From the IMG/VR virus record IMGVR_UViG_3300035390_000014, positions 128,001 to 192,000 of that record: a stretch of DNA of 64,000 nt; one strand, given 5' to 3'. Below are positions 8,161 to 14,974 of the stretch, piece after piece. The notes under the pieces were generated by a model. It did not search any database, was not told the DNA's origin, and saw only the letters and a program-made list of their open reading frames with translations. A program made the position numbers and the translations under genes. This DNA comes from a virus. Taxonomy: Duplodnaviria > Caudoviricetes. The stretch's first letter is position 1. Each line of letters begins with the position of its first letter.

Positions 8161-8784
8161 ATGACTGAAATATTTAATGATAATGAAGGTAATTCTTCAT
8201 CAATGAATTTAGTTTGGTTATTATCATTAATAACAATCGTAGGAACTTGGATATTATTATCAATAAAAACTGGTACATTGCAACATGTTACTGGTGGTGA
8301 TGCTTTATGGTTTACATCTTTATTTAGCGGAAAGATAGTTCAAAATTTTTATGAAAAGAGAAAACCATCACCAATACCAGTACCAGGTGTCAAATCTGGA
8401 ATAATTCAAGATAGTGAAGGCAACATAAGTCTTTCTAGAATAGTATGGATATTAGCTGTATTAGGAATAGTAGGAACTTGGGCATTTATATCTTTTAAGT
8501 TAGCATTATTACAACATTTTTCAACTGGTGATGCTGCTTGGTTTACTGCTTTATTTGGTAGTAAGGTTGGTGGAACTGTCATTGAAAGGAGTAATTATGC
8601 TTCTTACGGTGAAGGCGACTATGATGATTCAGATGGTTTTGAAAGATCAATGGGAGATGGAGAAATGGGATCTGCCGATAAAGATAAATTGATTATCCAA
8701 CTTCAAGAAACGATTAAAGTCCAAACAGATTTTAATAAAAATTTAGTTGAAACAATACATCCTAAAGATAAAGAGGAATTATAA
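8161..8784 (+). CDS. Holin-like membrane protein with internally duplicated 2-TM domain
   Basis: DNEGNSSSMNLVWLL..GTW...GDALWFTSLFSGK repeats as DSEGNISLSRIVWIL..GTW...GDAAWFTALFGSK; acidic tail. Confidence 0.5.
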   Translation: MTEIFNDNEGNSSSMNLVWLLSLITIVGTWILLSIKTGTLQHVTGGDALWFTSLFSGKIVQNFYEKRKPSPIPVPGVKSGIIQDSEGNISLSRIVWILAVLGIVGTWAFISFKLALLQHFSTGDAAWFTALFGSKVGGTVIERSNYASYGEGDYDDSDGFERSMGDGEMGSADKDKLIIQLQETIKVQTDFNKNLVETIHPKDKEEL

Positions 8785-9323
8785 TGACTAAAAAACTATT
8801 ATATGAAACTTATCTTGAAAAAACAGGTGATAGAATTTCTTTTGAAGAATGGATATTATCAGAATCTAAAGTGAAGAAATTAGGTTCTTATTGGGATGCA
8901 ATGAAACGATATGGAATTGTTGGATTAGCTTCTTATATATCTGGAAATAAAAGTATAACTGATAGTGCAACTGGTGGAGTATTATCAGTTCCTCTTAGTA
9001 TGGTATTATCTGCTGGATATAAAAAAACATCATCTATTTGTGCATCTAGATGTAAAAATCAATTATGTAAACAAAAATGTTATTTAAATTCATGTGGTAT
9101 AGTAATAAAAGAAATACATGATGCAATGAAAGATGTTAAATCTAAAACAAAAGATTCAAAAAAAATATTAAAAAAATTAGACAAACAACTAGTTAAATGG
9201 GTTAAAAGATATAACCAACATAGAAGTAAAATTAAAGAACTAGTTGATGAAGAACAGAAACCAGATAATAATTCAGTTGCAAGTATGGCTAAATATTATG
9301 TAGGTAACCAGGATGATTTATAA
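8784..9323 (+). CDS. Hypothetical, probable virion head protein
   Basis: N-terminal YLE/LSE motif, Cys-rich middle, basic coiled coil. Confidence 0.5.
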   Translation: MTKKLLYETYLEKTGDRISFEEWILSESKVKKLGSYWDAMKRYGIVGLASYISGNKSITDSATGGVLSVPLSMVLSAGYKKTSSICASRCKNQLCKQKCYLNSCGIVIKEIHDAMKDVKSKTKDSKKILKKLDKQLVKWVKRYNQHRSKIKELVDEEQKPDNNSVASMAKYYVGNQDDL

Positions 9324-9328
9324 ATAAT

Positions 9329-9402
9329 GGGGACATCGTATAGCGGGAATACATTGCCCTTGCACGGCAAAAACCAGAGTTCGATTCTCTGTGTCTCCAC
9401 CA
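9329..9402 (+). tRNA. trnA: tRNA-Ala(TGC)
   Basis: ggggaca/tgtctcc with G3:U70, loop CTTGCAC, A73, CCA. Confidence 0.92.
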
Positions 9403-9472
9403 TTATTAATTCATTATAAAAAACAATTATTATATATATTAATAACTATAATGCAACACATTAATTTGTATT

Positions 9473-9610
9473 TTATAAAAGGTTAAGAACGGAAAGATTA
9501 TACATAAAATAACTCAGGTGGTAGAGTATTTGCCTCAAAAGCAAACTGTCGTTGGTTCAATTCCAACTTTTAACAAAACCTAATCTTTTATATTACTTAA
9601 CCTTTTATAA
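9473..9610 (+). ncRNA. Scaffold RNA Y1 (Y-RNA-like): tRNA-like cargo in D-anticodon-T order, anticodon CAA, acceptor end fused to scaffold
   Basis: 15-bp outer stem ttataaaaggttaag/cttaaccttttataa, AACG/ATATTA loop, inner stem gaaagatta/taatctttt; arms actc/gagt, tttgc-ctCAAaa-gcaaa, gttgg-ttcaatt-ccaac. Confidence 0.85.
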
Positions 9611-9622
9611 GATACAAATTTA

Positions 9623-9761
9623 AATGAGAGAACGAAAAATGATTACAGATTATTACTATGATTAAGTAAAGGTCGCAGGTTCGAGTCCTGTCATAAGGGA
9701 AACTTTATGTAACTCAGTTGGTAGAGATTATATCAACAATCATTTTTATATTACTCTCATT
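9623..9761 (+). ncRNA. Scaffold RNA Y2: permuted cargo (anticodon-T-acceptor-D), acceptor capped by GAAA tetraloop
   Basis: aatgagag/ctctcatt, AACG/ATATTA, aaaaatgatt/aatcattttt; ttact-atGATta-agtaa, gcagg-ttcgagt-cctgt, cataagg-GAAA-ctttatg, D arm actc-agttggta-gag. Confidence 0.88.
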
Positions 9762-9768
9762 ACATTTT

Positions 9769-9863
9769 TGTAGATCGCCGGTGGGTGACTATGCACCTTG
9801 GAAAACATAACTTTAGATGACTGGTAATTATCCGGTATATATCTAATTTCCCGGGGATCTACA
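9769..9863 (+). ncRNA. Unassigned structured RNA inside the array
   Basis: Terminal stem tgtagatc/gatctaca plus ccgg/ccgg; hairpins ggtg/cacc, ttagat/atctaa, actgg/ccggt. Confidence 0.55.
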
Positions 9864-9872
9864 ATACAATTT

Positions 9873-10002
9873 GCCCTCATTGAGAGCGTTTCTACCAAGG
9901 AGCCATAATGTTGAATCTAGATAGATGTTATGGAAATTGATTAGAGCGAGAGGTATTCTCATTGGTCTTAGGATCAGATAGGTTCGAGTCCTATTGGGGG
10001 CT
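9873..10002 (+). ncRNA. tRNA-like RNA whose D arm is replaced by a roughly 80-nt extended hairpin
   Basis: Acceptor gccctca/tgggggc, T arm atagg-ttcgagt-cctat, nested stems tgagag/ttctca, cgtttcta/tagagcg, ccataa/ttatgg; hairpin with loop CTTAGG; no CCA. Confidence 0.65.
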
Positions 10003-10011
10003 GAATAATTT

Positions 10012-10161
10012 TAATGGAAGAACGGAAAATAATTACAGTAGTCCATTAGGAGGACGTGTTTGGAGGTTCGAATCCTTCTTTCCCCACCACACATTTATGG
10101 GGAAATAGGCAAACTGGTACAGCCGCGTAATACAACAATTATTTTTAAATTACTTCCATTA
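10012..10161 (+). ncRNA. Scaffold RNA Y3: permuted tRNA-Leu(UAG)-like cargo with A73-CCA in the acceptor linker
   Basis: taatggaag/cttccatta, AACG/AAATTA, gaaaataatt/aattattttt; gtcc-atTAGga-ggac, ggagg-ttcgaat-ccttc, tttcccc-A-CCA-cacatttat-ggggaaa, D arm ggc-aaactggtaca-gcc. Confidence 0.88.
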
Positions 10162-10240
10162 CTTTTTTATGCCGGGTGATACGTATGTTTATCCATACGC
10201 CGGCTCCATTATTATAATAATAAAAAACAGGGAGATTAGG

Positions 10241-10717
10241 ATGAAAATGAAAACAAGTTTAATTTATGGTTTAATTTTGGTAATGGTTTCTATGTTAGCA
10301 ATTTCATGTAGTCAAAGGAAATTGGTAACAACTCCTGTTTTTAAAATGACTATTGCTGAAGTAAAAGTTGCAGCTCCTGAACCTGCAACAGTAACTGATA
10401 TCAGAGAAAGCATAATGTTTAAATATGATAGCTCTGTTATTGAAGAAATTGAAATGAAAAAGGTTGAAGAAATTGCTGGAGTAATGGCACTTTATTCTGA
10501 TACAGACCTAGTCCTTAAAGGTTATGCAAGTTCAGAAGGTACAACCGAATATAATACTGAACTTTCTTTAGCAAGGGCTGAAGTTGTAAAAGCTGAATTA
10601 CTAAGCCTGGGTGTTTCAGAAGATCGCATTCTTATACTAGGTCATGGAGCAACCAATGAATTTGGTGAGCTTCTAGATTTAAACAGAAGAGTCCTTGTTT
10701 TAAGCATGGATGAATAA
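10241..10717 (+). CDS. OmpA-family peptidoglycan-binding lipoprotein (start moved from 10169)
   Basis: Signal peptide with lipobox LAISC; IMFKYDSS, LKGYASSEG..EYN.ELS.ARA, GHG, LNRRV; RBS before 10241. Confidence 0.85.
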   Translation: MKMKTSLIYGLILVMVSMLAISCSQRKLVTTPVFKMTIAEVKVAAPEPATVTDIRESIMFKYDSSVIEEIEMKKVEEIAGVMALYSDTDLVLKGYASSEGTTEYNTELSLARAEVVKAELLSLGVSEDRILILGHGATNEFGELLDLNRRVLVLSMDE

Positions 10718-10725
10718 CAATATTT

Positions 10726-10810
10726 AAGTCAGAACGAAAAGAGATTACAGTAAAAATTAATGCTTCCAAACAGCAATACAATACAACAATTTCTTTTGAA
10801 TTACTGACTT
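10726..10810 (+). ncRNA. Scaffold RNA Y4: minimal form carrying one anticodon-like hairpin
   Basis: aagtcag/ctgactt, AACG/GAATTA, aaaagagatt/aatttctttt, cargo tgct-tccaaac-agca. Confidence 0.85.
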
Positions 10811-10824
10811 TACATTTTTAAACT

Positions 10825-11090
10825 ATATGAGGTTTGTCGTTTTGAAATATGAAACGAATACTTTAATCAGGATTTGTATTTTGCTATTTTATTGCCCTGG
10901 ATAATACCGGCCCCCAATGGGACTGCCTGGTTACTGGGCCTGCATAACCCACGCGCGTGGTTGGCACTTTAGATCCTGAAAAAGTAAAAAATAGCTGAAA
11001 ACGTGGAGACTATCCACTACTAGATTTGACAACCTAGAAACTAGTACACAGTAAGCTGAGATTGTCAGTCTTAGAATCTGTGCCTCATAT
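10825..11090 (+). ncRNA. Unassigned structured RNA of about 265 nt
   Basis: 8-bp closing stem atatgagg/cctcatat; GC-rich interior with hairpins ccacgc/gcgtgg, gtgga/tccac, tactag/ctagta; no ORF in the track. Confidence 0.5.
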
Positions 11091-11102
11091 TACAATTTTT
11101 AG

Positions 11103-11249
11103 AGAGTTAGAACGAAAAAATATTCCAGATATACAATATAGGTTCAATCCCTATTTTGGGCTCCAAGCATGCCCATGCTGACAATTGGCTGTCAACTTGT
11201 CTTAAACAACAGGTGTAATAAATAAAATATTTTTTAAATTACTAACTCT
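11103..11249 (+). ncRNA. Scaffold RNA Y5: permuted cargo (T-acceptor-D-anticodon) with U73-CCA in the linker
   Basis: agagttag/ctaactct, AACG/AAATTA, aaaaaatatt/aatatttttt; atagg-ttcaatc-cctat, tttgggc-T-CCA-agcat-gcccatg, tgac/gtca, acttgt-cttaaaca-acaggt. Confidence 0.85.
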
Positions 11250-11256
11250 TTTATTT

Positions 11257-11301
11257 AAAATATTCGTCATAACCTTAACCAGTTATGACGAATATTTTTT
11301 T
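11257..11301 (+). terminator. 17-bp hairpin plus T-tract between RNA array and vWA gene
   Basis: aaaatattcgtcataac / gttatgacgaatatttt followed by further Ts. Confidence 0.7.
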
Positions 11302-11350
11302 GCCGACAATAGGAACGAATCATTTTAAACGTGAAAAGGAGAAAATCCGA

Positions 11351-12958
11351 ATGGTTAATTTACCTGTTCGAATTGAAGAAAAATTTGTTAACGCAAATTT
11401 AAGAAAAATTGGGCAAGACATTGAAACAACTATGTCTTTATTTGGCACTGATATGAACAGAGCTACACATTATAACACCAAAGAAGAGTTAGCAGCTATG
11501 AGCGAAAAAGAACATAGAAATATGTTTTCTATTGATCGTTCAATCTATGGCTGTATTGCTTGTCTACCTGGTACAACTGATATTTCTAAAATGAAAGTTG
11601 TTACCAATCTTTTAGGTATCTCATGGGAGCATGGATCTGATTTTCAAGTCACTACTCCTATTCTTACAATAGAACAGGAAAGATTAATCATTGATCATCT
11701 GGTATCAACACTTCCTCCAAATAGAATGATAAATTTGTTTGCTTCTTTTGAGGATAGTCGAGTTAACAATACCCGTATGAGAAAAACAGTTCTTCCTTTT
11801 ATTCTTAACTCAGGTAGTCTTGGGTGGTGGGCAGTTAAGTATAGAAGTAAATTGAAAACTGTATTATCTCATTGTTGGGGTAAAAAGATGACAAGTGTTA
11901 TTGTTTCTATCATTGGGAAAAGAGCAAAGACCCAAAAAGAAAATGATATCCTTGATTCCTTTATTGGTAAGTATATTGTTATCGTTGAGAAGACTAAACG
12001 TAAGGCTATATTTGAATGTCTACGTTTTATCTTTTCTGTTGGTGATAATTTTACCAACCATCTTTTTGTAAATTTCCATGCTTCAAAAACTGATTTCTCA
12101 AAAGCAAAAGGTTTGCCAAAAGAAGTAATTGAAGGTATAAGAGCGGCTTATCACCCAACTCTGGATAAAGCTGAAACCTTAAAAGTTGCTGAGTCGTCAA
12201 TGACTAACAAGGAAAAACGTTTGGTCCAAAACCAGGCTGTTAAAACTGGAGTTAAAATTGAATGGGACCCTAAGACACAACCATTGGTCGAACTCTTTAT
12301 ATACGGGTTTAAAATGGGGTTCACCAATGCAATACATGATGCTATTCTACAAAAATCTGATAGAGCTGGTCAAGCATTGCCATTTACCTATGATAAAGTT
12401 GGGATCATTTGTGACGATAGTTTTTCAATGAGTGGTTCTGAAGATCAGAAACTGAAAGCATTGGCTATAAGTTATGCTACAGTTGAAACATTGAAAGGTG
12501 TTGGTTCTACGACTCTGGTGGCATCTACTTCTGGTAGACGTCCATCATATACCAATAGTCCAATGGGTGAATCAAATCTGGCAAAACCTTTACTTAAATT
12601 GTTAAAGAGAGATGTAGATGTTATCTTTGTTGTATCTGATGGTTATGAAAATGCACCAGAAGGTAGATTTGGAGAAGTGTTGAAAATTGCCAGGGATAAA
12701 GCTGGAGTAACAACCCCAGTATATCATTTTAATCCAGTTGGAGCTGCTGAAAGTAAAGTTGCTGTAAAAAGATTATCTAATGATGTTCCGGTGACTCCGG
12801 TGACTAATCCAGAGAAAATGGGTCTTTCATTATTTAAGACAATGATAGCAGCTGATCCAAAACAAGGGATTGTTAGATTGTTTAACATGGTTCTTCCAGA
12901 ATTGGAAAAGACTAAACTATTATACTCTCGGGTTAACCTAGAAGCTATAAGCGAATAA
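11351..12958 (+). CDS. Helical N-terminal region plus C-terminal vWA domain; Ro60/TROVE-like (inferred); start moved from 11285
   Basis: MIDAS motif DDSFSMSGS, VFVVSDGYEN, VYHFNPV; long predicted-helical N-terminal part; AAGGAG before ATG 11351; vWA solid, TROVE relationship inferred. Confidence 0.6.
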   Translation: MVNLPVRIEEKFVNANLRKIGQDIETTMSLFGTDMNRATHYNTKEELAAMSEKEHRNMFSIDRSIYGCIACLPGTTDISKMKVVTNLLGISWEHGSDFQVTTPILTIEQERLIIDHLVSTLPPNRMINLFASFEDSRVNNTRMRKTVLPFILNSGSLGWWAVKYRSKLKTVLSHCWGKKMTSVIVSIIGKRAKTQKENDILDSFIGKYIVIVEKTKRKAIFECLRFIFSVGDNFTNHLFVNFHASKTDFSKAKGLPKEVIEGIRAAYHPTLDKAETLKVAESSMTNKEKRLVQNQAVKTGVKIEWDPKTQPLVELFIYGFKMGFTNAIHDAILQKSDRAGQALPFTYDKVGIICDDSFSMSGSEDQKLKALAISYATVETLKGVGSTTLVASTSGRRPSYTNSPMGESNLAKPLLKLLKRDVDVIFVVSDGYENAPEGRFGEVLKIARDKAGVTTPVYHFNPVGAAESKVAVKRLSNDVPVTPVTNPEKMGLSLFKTMIAADPKQGIVRLFNMVLPELEKTKLLYSRVNLEAISE

Positions 12959-12968
12959 GGAGAATAAA

Positions 12969-13994
12969 ATGGAAATTACAATTGCAGAAGTGTTGAAAGG
13001 ATGTACTCCTGGTCGTATGCAAAGCGCTGGGTATATGCAGATGGTTCCATTACTATCTGAACCTGATATGATTGATAAAAGATTTGGAGCATTTACTGGA
13101 ATACTATCAAGTACCCATGATTATGGAACAGTTCATTTAGAAAATAAAGAAGACTTTCCAACAATCATGCCCATGGGAACTGCTATTTTAACTACACAAA
13201 GTGCTCAGAATCATGCTCTTGGTAAAGTTAAATTAATGACCAGAATGTCCGAATCAAATATTGATACAGCAGCTTGTATCCAGGATACTCAGGGTGGGAT
13301 CATTAGAAGCGGTGTTCATAGTTTATCAATCCTCCCATATTCAATTCGTGAGAAAGCGTTGGAAATAAAGGATAAGAGAGGTTATAGTAAACTATGGCCT
13401 GCTATCAAAGTATTTAATGAGGAAGTTGGGATTGAAGAAGGTAACTACCGTTCCATGGGTCATCTTGAACATTACCTGGAAACATTTGGTGATAAGCTTG
13501 ACGAGTTCATTGGTCAGTTTGAAATTGTTCCAAATCAAGTCGGAGCAATTATTTTGTTAAATGGTCAAATTGCTGGTGTTGAAAGAGCACCCAATTATGA
13601 TTTCTGGAAAGAATTGTGGAAACCATTGATTCGTGAATGTTATGGTTCTGCATCTTTGGTATTTGCTAAGAAAGGTGAGAAACCTTCACCACCACTTGGA
13701 AGAATGCCGATTAATGATCACTTGGTTAAAAACATTGATGATCTTGAAACTGAATATAATAAGGCTGAAAAACATGAAGAAGATACTGTAAAGAATCTTA
13801 TTCGGAATTTTATTCAGCAACCATTTACTGCCACTCGGGAAGAAAATGAACCCAATGGTACTATTTGTGTGGATCATCTTAGTGGTGGTCAATTCACTGG
13901 ACAGATTGTTAGAGACAGCGCATTTGTTGTTTATGCCAGTCTGGTTCCAGATAAGAATGCTCGATTTAATACAGCAGCAGCATTTACAATTTAA
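12969..13994 (+). CDS. ARPP-like (ARG/Rhodanese-Phosphatase-associated) protein, tightly linked to the vWA gene
   Basis: GRMQSAGYMQMVPL, HDYGTV.LEN, QNHAL, AACIQDTQGG, QVGAIILLNGQIAGVERAP recalled from vWA-associated bacterial proteins; 10 nt after upstream stop. Confidence 0.5.
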   Translation: MEITIAEVLKGCTPGRMQSAGYMQMVPLLSEPDMIDKRFGAFTGILSSTHDYGTVHLENKEDFPTIMPMGTAILTTQSAQNHALGKVKLMTRMSESNIDTAACIQDTQGGIIRSGVHSLSILPYSIREKALEIKDKRGYSKLWPAIKVFNEEVGIEEGNYRSMGHLEHYLETFGDKLDEFIGQFEIVPNQVGAIILLNGQIAGVERAPNYDFWKELWKPLIRECYGSASLVFAKKGEKPSPPLGRMPINDHLVKNIDDLETEYNKAEKHEEDTVKNLIRNFIQQPFTATREENEPNGTICVDHLSGGQFTGQIVRDSAFVVYASLVPDKNARFNTAAAFTI

Positions 13995-13996
13995 TA

Positions 13997-14145
13997 ATAT
14001 GCCTACCTAACACAGTAATTGGTGAGGGTGAAAGCGTCCCGTGGAGGGAACAATGCTAATTGTCGGCAGGGTTCGACCCCCGATAAAAGCGACCGGAGCG
14101 AGCATAAAGCGGAGGTCATAAACGCAGATCATGCAAAAGGCATAT
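13997..14145 (+). ncRNA. Unassigned GC-rich structured RNA downstream of the ARPP-like gene
   Basis: Closing stem atatgcct/aggcatat; hairpins ggg-tgaaagcgt-ccc, acaat-gcta-attgt, ggg-ttcga-ccc, gacc/ggtc; followed by a terminator. Confidence 0.65.
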
Positions 14146-14198
14146 AGTTGGGGTGGTGATATTAATTTATCATCATCCCAACTAACTATTTTTTTTTT
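14145..14198 (+). terminator. Intrinsic terminator
   Basis: tagttggg..gat / atc..cccaacta then a T-tract. Confidence 0.75.
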
Positions 14199-14226
14199 GT
14201 ATTCTTTTTTATAAAAAAGGTGATGT

Positions 14227-14406
14227 ATGAAATATTTTGAAGATGATGGTAAACCAGTTAAATGTCATAAATGTGGAAGTGAAAAAATTAAATTAACAAC
14301 TAAAGATATGATTGATAATATGGTATGTGAAGTTGAATATTCATGTGGTGATTGTGGAACATATCTTGCATATTGGTCATATGGATATTTTGAAACGGAT
14401 TGTTAA
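14227..14406 (+). CDS. Small Zn-ribbon protein (59 aa, below the ORF-track cutoff)
   Basis: Hand translation MKYFEDDGKPVKCHKCGS...CEVEYSCGDCG; RBS AGGTG. Confidence 0.6.
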   Translation: MKYFEDDGKPVKCHKCGSEKIKLTTKDMIDNMVCEVEYSCGDCGTYLAYWSYGYFETDC

Positions 14407-14436
14407 TTTTAAATACAAATAGAACATATTATAAAT

Positions 14437-14512
14437 GGTCCCATAGCTCAGTGTGTAGAGCATCTGGCTTACATCCAGAATGTCCCTAGTTCAAATCTAG
14501 GTGGGATCACCA
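14437..14512 (+). tRNA. trnV: tRNA-Val(TAC)
   Basis: ggtccca/tgggatc, loop CTTACAT, A73, CCA; begins right after the promoter motif. Confidence 0.92.
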
Positions 14513-14533
14513 AAACCAATAAGGAAAAATGAA

Positions 14534-14974
14534 ATGATTGAATCTAAACTAGTGAAAATTAAGAAATTACATAAAGATGCTATTATACCAAAATATCAAA
14601 CAATAGGTTCTGCTGGATTTGATTTAAGTTCTATTATTGATTGTAAACTTTTTCCAAATCAACAAGAGTTAATCCCAACAGGACTTTCCGTTGAAATCCC
14701 ATTAGGGACTGAATTACAAATTAGACCTAGAAGTGGACTTGCTAAAAATTCTATGATATCAATAACTAATTCACCAGGTACATTAGATTCAGACTATAGA
14801 GGTCCTATAGGAATCATTCTTATAAATCATAGTCCTTTTGTTTTTGAAATAAAGAAAGGTGATAGAGTAGCTCAAGCAGTATTATGTCCAGTGTATCAAG
14901 CTAACTTTGAAGTTGTTGATGAACTCTCAAACACAGACCGTGGAGAAAACGGTTATGGAAGCACTGGTAAATAA
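14534..14974 (+). CDS. dut: dUTPase (trimeric); start moved from 14501, which lies inside tRNA-Val
   Basis: SAGFDL, IPTG, QIRPRSGLA, PGTLDSDYRG, GDRVAQ, RGENGYGSTG motifs. Confidence 0.95.
   Translation: MIESKLVKIKKLHKDAIIPKYQTIGSAGFDLSSIIDCKLFPNQQELIPTGLSVEIPLGTELQIRPRSGLAKNSMISITNSPGTLDSDYRGPIGIILINHSPFVFEIKKGDRVAQAVLCPVYQANFEVVDELSNTDRGENGYGSTGK

Noticed and set aside
10169-10240. Longer OmpA start
   Set aside because: Runs through a hairpin; the signal peptide and RBS begin at 10241
10825-11090. Bona fide tmRNA, SRP RNA or RNase P RNA
   Set aside because: No G3:U70 acceptor, T arm or CCA; no SRP domain IV motif; no P4 consensus; kept only as an unassigned RNA
9473-11249. CRISPR array interpretation of the recurring GAACG..ATTAC segments
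   Set aside because: Units are paired stems enclosing tRNA-like cargo, vary in sequence and spacing, and no cas genes are present
11285-11350. ORF-track start of the vWA protein
   Set aside because: ATG 11285 lies inside the terminator hairpin; AAGGAG precedes ATG 11351
14501-14533. N-terminal extension of dUTPase
   Set aside because: Overlaps the 3' end of tRNA-Val; ATG 14534 fits family length
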